IMG/VR virus record: IMGVR_UViG_2711768162_000009
Coordinates: 1 to 64,000 of that record
Direction: 5' to 3' (one strand)
Length of the DNA stretch: 64,000 nucleotides
Origin: a virus
Taxonomy: Duplodnaviria; Caudoviricetes
Of the stretch, positions 1 through 10,115 are shown piece after piece (the first letter of the stretch is position 1; the number at the start of each line of letters is the position of its first letter). The notes under the pieces were generated by a model, which had not been told where the DNA came from, did no database searches, and was given only the letters and a program-made list of their open reading frames with translations. The position numbers and the translations under genes were made by a program.

Positions 1-171
1 ATGGGAACCCAAATCACCAAACTGACCCTCGACCAGTTCGTTGACCTTCAGGAGAAGGCCGAAGAGGTGATTGAGCTTGATGATGCCTGCACCTTACTAC
101 GCCTTGAAGGTGGTGAGCTTGCCCACTACAACGCGCTATCTGGCACGGTCAACTTGGTGAGTCTCGGCTGA
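1..171 (+). CDS. small hypothetical protein (56 aa; may be 5'-truncated by the window edge)
   Basis: Open frame ATG(1) to TGA(171), MGTQITKLTLDQFVDLQEK...; phage-like codon use. Confidence 0.5.
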   Translation: MGTQITKLTLDQFVDLQEKAEEVIELDDACTLLRLEGGELAHYNALSGTVNLVSLG

Positions 172-281
172 CGCCACAGCCAACCCTAACACCAGAAAAA
201 AGGACTGTGCTTCTACGCCAGTCCTTTTTTCGTGATCATGTAGTCAGTAACGCATTACTTACATTCACACAGGACAATCAC

Positions 282-2495
282 ATGGCCATCACCAAGACCA
301 ACATTCGGGAGCTGTGCGATTCCATCGAGACTGTCGTTCGCCTCCTGTCAGACCGGGGCATCAAGGTCACTCAGCAAGGCATGAAAGCATACGTGTCCTA
401 CGAGGAAGAGGCCGGCGCCATTGTCCCGAAGCGAGTGAACATCCCCGCGATTGGCGAGTCCTCCCCTCCTGACCTTGTGGTTGCCATCAAAGGCTTCGTG
501 GATCACGAGGTAGCCCACATCCTCTTCACCGATCCCAAGATTCTGGCCCGTGCCAAGTCCGAGGGTATCGCCGGGATGCACAACATTGTCGAAGACTGCT
601 TCATCGAAGCCAAGATGAAGAAGACCTTCCCTGGCTCCATTCGCAACATCGACAAGACTCTGGAGTTCGCCTGCCGTCGCTTCTTCCAGAAAGCCTACGA
701 CGAGCATGTCGGCAGCTTCGAGCACGGCTCTGGCGAAGAGTCACAAGCCAAGTTCTTCCTCAATGCCCTGGCGGTGCCGGGTATCCGTGCTCTTGCCGGA
801 CATGAGTCAGCCATCGACTTCATGAAGGACAAGTGGCCCCTGGTGCCGATAGTGCATGAGCTGCTGGAGCCGCTGACGGAGAAGATGCAGCGCCTCAATT
901 CGTCCCTGGCTGCCCTGAACATGGCCCACACCATCCGCGACCTGATGATTCAGGCGGAGGAAGAGGAAGAGCGCCGGGAGGAAGAAGAGAAGGCTCCTGA
1001 AGAGAAGGCCCCTGAAGAATCGCCAAGCGTCTCGGATGAAACATCTACAGGCGATCCCGGTAAGGACGGCGATTCAGGCGATGAATCAGACAGTGACAGC
1101 TCCGGCGACGGTAAAGGGTCTGGTGAAGAGCCATCCGACGACGGTGACAGCGGCATGAAGGGTGACAAGTCCACCGAAGAGAAGAGCGAAGGCGGCGACG
1201 GCGATGACTCGGATGCTTCCGATGGCGAGGGTGCGGAAGCGAACGCTAGCGGTTCCGAAGCAGGGTCTGACGGTGAAAAGTCGGACATGAGCGGCAAGGG
1301 CTCAAGCGAAGACCCGGAGCTGGAAGATCGCGAAGGTGAAGAGCATGGCGACAAGATCGCTCAGAACGTTCGGGACATGGACACCAGGGACTCCAAGGCC
1401 ACGCCTGACTTCGGCTCACATGACGGCACGGTCGAGGATCGCTCCGATTTGCTCGAGGCGCTAGACGAGGTGAAGTCCTTTGAAGACGCCCTTGAGGAAT
1501 GCATTACCGAAGGAAGCTTGGCGTCATTGAATGAGCAGAGCTACCAGCCCTACTCCACCGATGGCGATCGCATCGAGAAGTTCAAGCCCAACAGCCGGCA
1601 GCAGAGCGCAGCCAAAGATCGTCTCAAGCGAATCGCCGAGAACAATCGCGACAGCATCGGCACCATGTCCAAACAGCTTGAGCGCCTTGTCGCTGCCCGC
1701 AACCGCTCCATGTTCGTGCCTGGCTTCCGCAGCGGCCGTCTCCACTCTTCTAGCCTCTACAAGCTCAAGACTGGTGACACCCGTGTCTTCCGTCGCAAGG
1801 AAGAGGTCACGACCAAGAACACCGCCGTCATGCTGCTGGTGGACTGCTCGGGCTCAATGAAGTCCAACGACCGGATCGCAAAGGCGGCTGAGGCGGCATT
1901 TGCCCTATGCAGCAGCCTCGAACTGATCAACGTGCCGACGCAAGTCATGGGCTTCACGACCGGCCACAACTACGACCTCATGGAAGCAGCACAACGGGAA
2001 ATGGAAGAGCTTGCCGACAAGTATCCCACCAAGCCTATCTGCTTCGACCGGATAGAGAACCTGGAGCTACCTATCTTCAAGACGTTTGACGAGCGTATGA
2101 CGCCAGACGTTAAGCAGAGCCTGGCCTCCATCCCCTTTTACCCACTGCGCAACAACGCCGATGGCGAGAGTGTTGAGGCGGCCGGAAACATCCTGATGCG
2201 ACGCCAAGAGGAACGCAAAATCCTGGTCGTGCTGTCTGACGGCCAACCGGCGATGCAGTCGCTCCCCTCCAGGGCGTTCTTCGACAAGTTTTCCTACCAC
2301 GCCACCTTGGAGCGCGCCTGCGAACACCTTCGAGGCGTAGTGACCTCGCTGGAGAATAGCGGCATTGAGACCCTGGGCATCGGCATCGAAACGCCAGAGG
2401 TCAAGAGCTTCTACCCCAAGAACATCGTTCTCGACAAGGTAGAAGAGCTGCCCGAGAAGGTGATGAACGAGCTGTCCCAGATGCTGCTCAAGTGA
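282..2495 (+). CDS. CobT-like vWA domain protein (partner of MoxR/CobS AAA ATPase)
   Basis: N-terminal HEVAH motif, long acidic linker, C-terminal MIDAS DCSGSM and LSDG; RBS AGGA before ATG 282. Confidence 0.85.
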   Translation: MAITKTNIRELCDSIETVVRLLSDRGIKVTQQGMKAYVSYEEEAGAIVPKRVNIPAIGESSPPDLVVAIKGFVDHEVAHILFTDPKILARAKSEGIAGMHNIVEDCFIEAKMKKTFPGSIRNIDKTLEFACRRFFQKAYDEHVGSFEHGSGEESQAKFFLNALAVPGIRALAGHESAIDFMKDKWPLVPIVHELLEPLTEKMQRLNSSLAALNMAHTIRDLMIQAEEEEERREEEEKAPEEKAPEESPSVSDETSTGDPGKDGDSGDESDSDSSGDGKGSGEEPSDDGDSGMKGDKSTEEKSEGGDGDDSDASDGEGAEANASGSEAGSDGEKSDMSGKGSSEDPELEDREGEEHGDKIAQNVRDMDTRDSKATPDFGSHDGTVEDRSDLLEALDEVKSFEDALEECITEGSLASLNEQSYQPYSTDGDRIEKFKPNSRQQSAAKDRLKRIAENNRDSIGTMSKQLERLVAARNRSMFVPGFRSGRLHSSSLYKLKTGDTRVFRRKEEVTTKNTAVMLLVDCSGSMKSNDRIAKAAEAAFALCSSLELINVPTQVMGFTTGHNYDLMEAAQREMEELADKYPTKPICFDRIENLELPIFKTFDERMTPDVKQSLASIPFYPLRNNADGESVEAAGNILMRRQEERKILVVLSDGQPAMQSLPSRAFFDKFSYHATLERACEHLRGVVTSLENSGIETLGIGIETPEVKSFYPKNIVLDKVEELPEKVMNELSQMLLK

Positions 2496-2596
2496 AAAAG
2501 CCAGTATCCAGCGTTCATTCCCAGCGCTGGATGCTCTATCATTCGCTTGTGATCGAAAAACAGTCACCCCTTACTTACTAACGATAGGCATACACC

Positions 2597-3832
2597 ATGA
2601 CTACCGCCACTGCTACCACCGCCCTGCCCCACGCTACTCACTCCGAAGACGGCAAGGTCATTTGCCAGCTTGACGGTGTAGCCGTTCACGTCATCAAGAC
2701 CTACCTGAAGAAGACCCATCCCAGCGTCTCTCTGGAGCAATACCGCGAACAGTTTCCGGAAGCCCCGCTGCTCTCAGAGGCAGCAAAGAAGGCGATCGCG
2801 GAGCGTAAGGCTAAGGCCGAAAAGCCCACCACTGCCACCGCTGAGATGGCAGGTGTGGCCGAGACCTCCAAGGTGGTGAACATTCATCGCAACAAGCACA
2901 GCGACTACGGCATCCGCACTGCTGACGTGACGAAGCTGATCGCCAACATCCGCGGCTTGGCCCCTGGCACCTCAATTCCGGTCGCAGTGTTTGAAGAGCA
3001 CGGCTTTCAGGACTTGGTGCCGGACACCGACGAGAACTACATCTGGACGCCGGAAATACTGCGCGACTGCATCGCAGCGATGGATTACAGCATCCCTGCC
3101 TACTTCTGGGGCCACGCTGGAACCGGCAAGTCCACTGCCTGGGAGCAGTATGCGGCCTTCACCAACCGGCCTTTCATGCGCATCCAGCACACAGCCAACA
3201 CGGAAGAGGCTCACATCGTCGGCCAGATGCTTGCCAACGAGCAAGGCACCTACTTCGAGCCGGGTCCGCTGGCCCTCGCTATGCGCTACGGATGGGTCTA
3301 CCTGGCTGACGAATACGACTTCGCCTTCCCCCAGGTGCTGGGTGTCTATCAGCCGGTGCTGGAAGGAAAGCCGCTGATGATCAAAGAGGCGCCTCAAGAG
3401 TGGCGTCGTGTCGAGCCTCATCCGCAGTTCCGCTTCGTCGCCACAGGCAACACGAACGGCTCGGGCGACGAGACCGGGTTGTATCAAGGCACCAACCTTC
3501 AGAACGCCGCCAACTACTCACGCTTCGGCATCGTGACGAAGATGAACTACCTCGACAAAGCTGAAGAGGTAAAGATTCTCGTCGAGAAGGCCAAGATCAA
3601 CGAGCCGAAAGCCAAAGAGCTTGTGACCTTCGCTGAGCGGGTTCGTAACGCCTACGACCGCAGCGAGATCGGCAACACCATCGGCCCGCGTGAGCTTCTG
3701 TATGCCGCCCGCATCGGCGCCCTATTCGGAGGCGACTTCCGCGCTGCCGTTGACCGCTCGTTCATCAACAAGCTGCCGTCTTCTTCCGCTGTCGCAGTTG
3801 GCGAGTTCGCTGACCGTATTTTCTCCACCTGA
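2597..3832 (+). CDS. CobS/MoxR-like AAA+ ATPase
   Basis: Walker A GHAGTGKS, Walker B YLADEYD, ATGNT sensor; adjacent to vWA gene. Confidence 0.88.
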   Translation: MTTATATTALPHATHSEDGKVICQLDGVAVHVIKTYLKKTHPSVSLEQYREQFPEAPLLSEAAKKAIAERKAKAEKPTTATAEMAGVAETSKVVNIHRNKHSDYGIRTADVTKLIANIRGLAPGTSIPVAVFEEHGFQDLVPDTDENYIWTPEILRDCIAAMDYSIPAYFWGHAGTGKSTAWEQYAAFTNRPFMRIQHTANTEEAHIVGQMLANEQGTYFEPGPLALAMRYGWVYLADEYDFAFPQVLGVYQPVLEGKPLMIKEAPQEWRRVEPHPQFRFVATGNTNGSGDETGLYQGTNLQNAANYSRFGIVTKMNYLDKAEEVKILVEKAKINEPKAKELVTFAERVRNAYDRSEIGNTIGPRELLYAARIGALFGGDFRAAVDRSFINKLPSSSAVAVGEFADRIFST

Positions 3833-3857
3833 TAGGTAAGTAATAGGTGACTTACAC

Positions 3858-4385
3858 ATGCTCGGTTGCAAAGGAAGCGCTGTCGTCTTCTCCCCGGAAT
3901 CGAGCACTTGCGTCTCATGCCCCCACAACGGGGGCTGTTCAGAAACCGCCCTGCTGACGACCAAAGCCAAGCGTCGGAATGCAGAGGCGGTTTTTCTGTC
4001 CGCCAAGTTCGCTACGACCGCCGTCTCAGAGGACGACATGACGGTGATTCAGCTCTCCGATGCCAGTGATCGGATCAAGCGTCATGCGATGGCATTGAGC
4101 CGCAAGGGATTCCGTTTCGAGAGCGCCCGACAGCAGCTTGACCAGGGTGTGAACCCCTTCCGCCACATCACCACCACCGTCGCGTTCGTGACCGTCTATG
4201 ACGCGCTACTTGAGCAGAGTGCCGTCCGCAAGCGCGACATCATTGCTCGAGTCATGGAGCGGATGCAGTGCAGCCAAAGCACCGCGTCCGGACACGTCTC
4301 AGACGCCCTCGGACTGGGCCAGCTCATGCGCGTTGTCACCGTGACCCGTTACACCGCATCACTCACCACAGAGGTTACTCAATGA
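3858..4385 (+). CDS. hypothetical protein (N-terminal Cys cluster, possible C-terminal HTH)
   Basis: ORF overlapping the dnaE start; C..CxxC..C motif. Confidence 0.7.
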   Translation: MLGCKGSAVVFSPESSTCVSCPHNGGCSETALLTTKAKRRNAEAVFLSAKFATTAVSEDDMTVIQLSDASDRIKRHAMALSRKGFRFESARQQLDQGVNPFRHITTTVAFVTVYDALLEQSAVRKRDIIARVMERMQCSQSTASGHVSDALGLGQLMRVVTVTRYTASLTTEVTQ

Positions 4386-7300
4386 TCCTGTTCGCACGTA
4401 GCCACTTCAGCGTCGGGGAATCCACGCTGAAGCCCCAGGAGATCGCCGAGAAGGCCAAAGAGCTTGGCTACTCCGGCGCCTGCCTGCTGGACACCATGAA
4501 CATCAGCGGAATGATCGCCTTCACCAAAGCGTGCAAGGCGCTGGACGTGAAGCCGCTCATCGGTATCCGCGTCCGTTGTGTGCCCGATCCGTTGCATCGC
4601 AAGCCCAAGAAGGGCGACACCCACGCTGATAAGCCGAATCCCGAGTCCTATCACGATCTCATCATCAAGAACGACGAGGGGCTGGTTGACGTCTTCCACC
4701 TGCTCTCCGCTGGCTACAGCCGGGACTACTTCTACTACCGGGCACGAGTCGGCACCGCTGACCTCGAGAGCACTATCGCCAAAGGAAACGTGGTAGCGCT
4801 CAACAGCGACGCATACGGAGCGTTTCATGCTCCAGACTATGCGGACGTCATGAGCAAGATTCCCAGCGCTCAGAACGCAGCACAGAGCGTTCTAGCGATC
4901 ATGCCAGTCGCGACTCCTTACTATGATCAGCACAACAAGCGCGTGCTGACGTTTGCCGAGAAGTCAGGACAGCGAGTGCTGGCGTATCTGCCCTCCTACT
5001 ACCCGCTCAAGGCAGCCGACACACGCGACGTCTATCGAGTCATCGCTGATAACACCCAGGTCAGCCACTGGGCGGTCAAAAAACCCTACACCCGTGATCT
5101 CTACCCGAAGTCCGTCAGTGAGCTGGCACAGGCGCTGAAGGCATTTGCGGAGCGCACCGGCTGCAAGGTGTCGGGCCAGATGATCCGCGATCACCAATGG
5201 CTGATGGATCAAGTGAGCTACGAGTGGCACTCGCTGCCGATCTCGCTTCCCAAGCTGGCCGATGACGAGAACGCCGAGCTGGTGAATCTTTGCAAGGCCG
5301 GGTGGGTCGAGCGCTTTTCCAAGCCAGTCATGGGGCATCGTCCGAAGGGCTCCGAGGTGGCCGTCTACAAAGACCGCCTCAAGTATGAGCTTGAGGTGCT
5401 GAAGAGCATGGGCTTTGCCGGCTACTTCCTGCTCGTTCGCCAGATCGTCATGTGGTCGAAGGAAAACGGCATTGCTGTTGGCCCTGGTCGTGGCTCTGTA
5501 GGTGGATCTCTGGTTGCCTATCTCATGGGCATCACCGACGTAGACCCGATCCGCTTCGGCCTGATCTTCGAGCGCTTCATCAACCCCGAGCGTATCGACC
5601 TTCCTGACGCTGACCTGGACTTCATGTCGTCTCGCCGTGAAGAGGTGATTGCGTATCTGCGCGAGACCTTCGGCAGCGAATACGTGGCCGGCATCAGCAA
5701 CTACTCGATGCTGGGTGCGGCGTCTGCCTTGCGTGATGTGGGGCGCGTTCATGGACTGACCGGGCTCGAGCTGGCCGTATCCAAGTCGGCACCTGACGGT
5801 ATGCGCCTCGAGGATGCCGTCGAGGAAGTGTCTGAGCTACAGAATTACCGCGACCGTCACCCTGACCTCTTCCAGCACAGCGTCGGCCTCCAGGGCGCCA
5901 TGCGTGCCTACGGCAAGCACGCTGCGGGTGTGATCGTAGCGGGCAAGCCACTCAAGCAGATGGCAGTGGTGGAGTATCGCGAAGGCGAGCCAGTCATCAA
6001 CTGGGACAAGCGCGTCTGCGAAGACATGGGCATGGTCAAGCTCGATATTCTGGGCCTCTCTAACCTCGACATTATCAAGCAGACCATCGAGCGCGTGAAA
6101 GACCGCAAGGGGGTCGACGTCGACCTGTTGCACGAGCCGCTGGATGCGCGTGACGTCATGGAAGCCTTCAGCGTGGGTTACACCACCGCCGTCTTCCAGT
6201 TCGAATCGCCCGGCATGAAAGGGCTGCTCAAGAACCTGGCCTACTCCGGCACGCTGACGTTCGAGAATCTGGTCGCGGCAACCGCACTGTATCGCCCAGG
6301 TCCTATGGAGTCGGGGATGCTCGAGGATTACGTGGCGATCACGAAGGGCTTTGAAGCACCCCACTACCCTCACCCGAAGCTCGTGCCTGCCCTGGAAGAG
6401 ACCAAAGGCGTATTCGTCTATCAGGAACAGGTCATGCGTGCGGCAACCGACCTGGCCGGCTTCTCGATGGCACAAGCTGACCAGCTCCGGAAAGCAATGG
6501 GCAAGAAGTCCGCCGAAGCGATGGCTGAAATGCGCGAGCTGTGGGTTGAGGGCTGCGACGCTCACTCCGGCATGGACGAGGAAGAAGCGGCCGACCTGTT
6601 CGACAAGATCGAGAAATTCGCTGGATACGGCTTCAACAAGTCACACTCCGTCGCCTACACCATGCTCTCCTACTGGACAATGCTGCTGAAGGTGCGCTAT
6701 CCCGCCGAGTTCTTTGCCTCGTGCATGTCGGTCATGGACAGCGACCGCTACCCGGCCATTATCGGCGACGCATCCAAGCTGGGCATCAAGGTGGGGCCGC
6801 CTGACGTCAACACGTCGACCGACCGCTACGAGATTCGCACCGACCCGGTGACGGGCAATGACATGCTGGTGGCGCCGTTCAACTCGGTCATGAACATCAG
6901 CGACAAGGGCGCCCAGGCCATCATGGAGGGTCGCAGGAAGGCTGGCGGGTCGTTCACTGACATGACCCAGTTTGAGCTGTCGGTGAACAGAAGAGTGGTC
7001 AACAAGCGGGCCATCGACCACTTGGATCGCGTTGGGGCCTTTGCGTCCATCGTGCCCGGCTCACTGCCAGCGACCGACAAGTCCCGTCTCAAGGACCAGC
7101 TCACACTGATGCCAGGTGCGGTGCAGAAGGTAGCGACCATCGACCGGGACATGATCATCGACAAGGGCACTCAGGCGCGGCTGCTGGCGATCGTGAACGA
7201 CTATGCGACCCACTTCGACGACCGCTGGACCTGTGTGCCGCGGATCGGCAAGAAGTCCAAGATCATGGTCGTGTTCGATGCCCCCAACTGGGCAGACGAG

Positions 7301-7717
7301 AACGAGGGCCGGCTGGTATCGGGCAAGCCCTACACCTCATGGAACGAGGCTATCAAGGCCGCTGGCCTCACTCACGACAACTTCTACTACACCAGCCTGA
7401 TGAAGTTCGTGAAGCCGGAAGATGCCGAGAATGGGTTCGCCCCGGACGAGATCGGCAAGTGCGCCGAGTTCCTTGAGCGGGAGGTGGCTGAGCTTGATCC
7501 GCCTGTGATTCTGACGATGGGCTCACTGGCTACCCGGCACTTCAACGACGACAAGAAGAAGAAGCCCGGAGAGCTGATCGGCAAGTCGCGCTTTGACGCG
7601 GGGTCTGACCGGACGATCGTCTACGGCTTCAGCCAGGGCCGCATCTACTTCAACCCAGAGATGGCGAAAGACCTGGCTGACTGTCTGGAGAAGACCAAGA
7701 CTGCTGCCGGGCTGTAG
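4382..7717 (+). CDS. dnaE: DNA polymerase III alpha subunit with C-terminal uracil-DNA glycosylase-like domain
   Basis: PHP domain start (RSHFS), GPGRGSVGGSLVAY, PDADLDF, KHAAG, KLDILGL, YGFNKSHS; C-terminal family-4 UDG-like segment. Confidence 0.95.
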   Translation: MILFARSHFSVGESTLKPQEIAEKAKELGYSGACLLDTMNISGMIAFTKACKALDVKPLIGIRVRCVPDPLHRKPKKGDTHADKPNPESYHDLIIKNDEGLVDVFHLLSAGYSRDYFYYRARVGTADLESTIAKGNVVALNSDAYGAFHAPDYADVMSKIPSAQNAAQSVLAIMPVATPYYDQHNKRVLTFAEKSGQRVLAYLPSYYPLKAADTRDVYRVIADNTQVSHWAVKKPYTRDLYPKSVSELAQALKAFAERTGCKVSGQMIRDHQWLMDQVSYEWHSLPISLPKLADDENAELVNLCKAGWVERFSKPVMGHRPKGSEVAVYKDRLKYELEVLKSMGFAGYFLLVRQIVMWSKENGIAVGPGRGSVGGSLVAYLMGITDVDPIRFGLIFERFINPERIDLPDADLDFMSSRREEVIAYLRETFGSEYVAGISNYSMLGAASALRDVGRVHGLTGLELAVSKSAPDGMRLEDAVEEVSELQNYRDRHPDLFQHSVGLQGAMRAYGKHAAGVIVAGKPLKQMAVVEYREGEPVINWDKRVCEDMGMVKLDILGLSNLDIIKQTIERVKDRKGVDVDLLHEPLDARDVMEAFSVGYTTAVFQFESPGMKGLLKNLAYSGTLTFENLVAATALYRPGPMESGMLEDYVAITKGFEAPHYPHPKLVPALEETKGVFVYQEQVMRAATDLAGFSMAQADQLRKAMGKKSAEAMAEMRELWVEGCDAHSGMDEEEAADLFDKIEKFAGYGFNKSHSVAYTMLSYWTMLLKVRYPAEFFASCMSVMDSDRYPAIIGDASKLGIKVGPPDVNTSTDRYEIRTDPVTGNDMLVAPFNSVMNISDKGAQAIMEGRRKAGGSFTDMTQFELSVNRRVVNKRAIDHLDRVGAFASIVPGSLPATDKSRLKDQLTLMPGAVQKVATIDRDMIIDKGTQARLLAIVNDYATHFDDRWTCVPRIGKKSKIMVVFDAPNWADENEGRLVSGKPYTSWNEAIKAAGLTHDNFYYTSLMKFVKPEDAENGFAPDEIGKCAEFLEREVAELDPPVILTMGSLATRHFNDDKKKKPGELIGKSRFDAGSDRTIVYGFSQGRIYFNPEMAKDLADCLEKTKTAAGL

Positions 7718-7804
7718 GCCGCTAGAGCGCCCCGTGTGGCCGTCATGCGGGGCTGCTACAATCCGTTGTCAATACGAGACCAATAATGCGCAGGGAGATG
7801 GGAG

Positions 7805-8092
7805 TTGACCGAAGAGGATTACTGGAACGACCTGAAGCGCAAGCGCATGTGGGTCGCTTTCCTGGGAGGCTTCACCAAGTTCGGCGAGACGCTAGCGGCG
7901 GTTTGCTTCGTGGGTGGTATACTGACCCTAGATGCCAATAGCGGGAATGGCGTTGATTTTACTGGCGGCGCGGGTGTATGTGGTTTCGTGCTCGGTGTCA
8001 TCTTGTTCTGCGTGTGCGGCTACAAGAAGCAAGCATTTGTCCGTTCCATCAAAGAGTTAGATGAGATGGTCGATAAGGGGGTGTCAAAATGA
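7805..8092 (+). CDS. small two-TM membrane protein (moron-like)
   Basis: Two hydrophobic segments; RBS GGGAG; upstream TACAAT. Confidence 0.55.
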   Translation: MTEEDYWNDLKRKRMWVAFLGGFTKFGETLAAVCFVGGILTLDANSGNGVDFTGGAGVCGFVLGVILFCVCGYKKQAFVRSIKELDEMVDKGVSK

Positions 8093-8787
8093 TAAGCCCT
8101 ACATTCCTAATGGGTGGAATGATCGCTGTCCTCGTGGGCGGCATCGTTGCGGCCTTCGCCTCTACCACGAAAAGGCTAGGTGGCATGAGCGAGAAAGAGG
8201 TGCACGCCGAGTATGTGCGCGTGATGGCTGCCCGCAAAGCCCGTGAGGAAGAGCGGGAAAATCAGCGCCAGGCTGAACTGGTTGATGCGGTCGCCGCCAA
8301 AGTCGAGTCTAGCTTGCCCAAGCAGCTCAGCGAAGAAGAGATCGAAGAGCGGGAGAAGCATCGCCAAGCCGCACTAGTTGATTTGATCGCTGAGGAAGTC
8401 GAGTCTCGCTTGCCCAAGCAGCTCAGCGAAGAAGAGATCGAAGAGCGGGAGACGCGATCCAAAACTGAACTCGTCGCCAGCATACTGTCTACCTTGCGCG
8501 ATCAGCGCCCAAGCATCATGAGTCGAATGCAGCGGACGGCTATGACTAAAGGCATGGCCCACGGAGTAGTCACAGCCTCACCTGGCCCCACCCAAAGAAC
8601 TCAAGCTGTAGGGCAGCAGAATCCTGACTATGCGAATTTAGTGGCGAACACGACCATGGAGCCTACCCAATACGGCATGGTGAGCGCCGATGGCTCGACA
8701 ATGGTCGAGGACGAACATCAGATGCTTGGCGAAGCGGAAATGAAACCGAAGATAAAGATAAAGGTGAAGCCTAAGCCATACAACTAA
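8089..8787 (+). CDS. membrane-anchored coiled-coil protein with internal 32-aa duplication
   Basis: N-terminal TM helix; LPKQLSEEEIEERE occurs twice. Confidence 0.7.
   Translation: MISPTFLMGGMIAVLVGGIVAAFASTTKRLGGMSEKEVHAEYVRVMAARKAREEERENQRQAELVDAVAAKVESSLPKQLSEEEIEEREKHRQAALVDLIAEEVESRLPKQLSEEEIEERETRSKTELVASILSTLRDQRPSIMSRMQRTAMTKGMAHGVVTASPGPTQRTQAVGQQNPDYANLVANTTMEPTQYGMVSADGSTMVEDEHQMLGEAEMKPKIKIKVKPKPYN
8302..8452 (+). repeat. in-frame direct repeat, 96-bp period
   Basis: gtcgagtct(a/c)gcttgcccaagcagctcagcgaagaagagatcgaagagcgggaga at 8302 and 8398. Confidence 0.9.
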
Positions 8788-8810
8788 CCCACCCGCCAGA
8801 ACTCAACACG

Positions 8811-8832
8811 ACCCCGCTTCGGCGGGGTTTTT
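8811..8832 (+). terminator. rho-independent terminator
   Basis: ACCCCGC-TTCG-GCGGGGT followed by a T run. Confidence 0.85.
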
Positions 8833-8996
8833 CATGCTCGCATCCCTAAGTAATCAATGACTTACTTCATCATGTAGAGCGCAGCTCGCAACTGCCCTCA
8901 CCTTTGCCGCCCCTTCAACGCTGGGACGGTATATAGTTCGCGCCGGCTGATGGCTTAGAACCATCAGTCACGCATGACTTATGAAAGGAAAACCTG

Positions 8997-9386
8997 ATGA
9001 AGAAGATTCTGCTCGCCTCAGCACTGCTTGCCGCCTCCGCGACCACCCAAGCTGATGACTTCGCCGCCAACCTGGAAGAGATCGCCAGCAACAGCCGAGA
9101 AGAGGCCCGTGCGGTCGTCCAAGCGCTTATCCAGAACCCGGACTGCGCCGCCGCCACCGGCCTCTACATGGGCATGTTCCCCAACGAGTTCTTCTCGGTG
9201 GCTCCCCTGGTCGTTGACACCAACCCCACCCGGTCGGCACCTGAAGTCGAGCGTATGGCTCAAGCCATGGACTCCACCACCCTCACCCGCGACGAGAAGC
9301 TGATTCTGTGCGGCATCTACGCCGGCAAGTCCTTCAGCAGCGCTAAGGTCGCCACCAACCTCATCAACGAGGCAAAGGATAATTAA
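8997..9386 (+). CDS. secreted/periplasmic hypothetical protein
   Basis: Sec signal peptide MKKILLASALLAASATTQA; strong RBS. Confidence 0.75.
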   Translation: MKKILLASALLAASATTQADDFAANLEEIASNSREEARAVVQALIQNPDCAAATGLYMGMFPNEFFSVAPLVVDTNPTRSAPEVERMAQAMDSTTLTRDEKLILCGIYAGKSFSSAKVATNLINEAKDN

Positions 9387-9483
9387 TGTAAGTAACTAGT
9401 GACTTCCCTTCGTCATCCTGTATAAGATACGCAGCGTCGGAGCACGAAAGCGTTCCGACCTGCTCTTTAACAAGGAGACCGCA

Positions 9484-10002
9484 ATGAGCACTACCTCAGT
9501 GCAAAAATTGCTCGACGCACAGCAGCTCGCCAAGGACGTTGCCTTCAATGCCGACGATCTGGACGCGATGTGGAGTTCCCAGGCGGGGCTCTACGTCCGT
9601 TACGGCGTGATCGCTGCGCGGGCAGAGCATCAAGCCTCAGCGTTCAAGAACCGACTCGGCATCATCGAGGCGGAGCTGGGCAAAGAGGCTCGCGAAGAGA
9701 TTCCCAAGCTGGGCCAGAAGGTGACTGAAGGCACGGTAAAGGAATACGTAGGCTCTCATGCGCGCATGATCAAGGCGCACGAGGACTACAACAAGGCTGT
9801 TCTGATCAACAACCTCGCCAAGACTGCGCTGGAAGCGCTTCGTCAGCGGCGGGACATGATCGTTCAGGCTTCCAAGCATCACCTGGAGCAGATGGTGATG
9901 CGTGAGAGTTTCAAAGGCGGCAGCGCTCCTGCGGCCCGAGAAGCACAAAGGGATCAGATGGTGGAGGCACTGCGCGGCCAAGCGCAACGCACCACTTCCT
10001 AG
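9484..10002 (+). CDS. coiled-coil protein, possibly UvsY-like recombination mediator
   Basis: All-helical 172 aa directly upstream of SSB; RBS AAGGAG. The function is inferred from context. Confidence 0.6.
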   Translation: MSTTSVQKLLDAQQLAKDVAFNADDLDAMWSSQAGLYVRYGVIAARAEHQASAFKNRLGIIEAELGKEAREEIPKLGQKVTEGTVKEYVGSHARMIKAHEDYNKAVLINNLAKTALEALRQRRDMIVQASKHHLEQMVMRESFKGGSAPAAREAQRDQMVEALRGQAQRTTS

Positions 10003-10115
10003 CCCGAAGTGCGCCTCTCATTTGCGCTTAAACACCAGTAAGCGCTGACTGATACTTATAACTCCGCTAGAGCGGATAGAAGAAAACACGAAACACTGAA
10101 ACGAGGTATCCAGCT

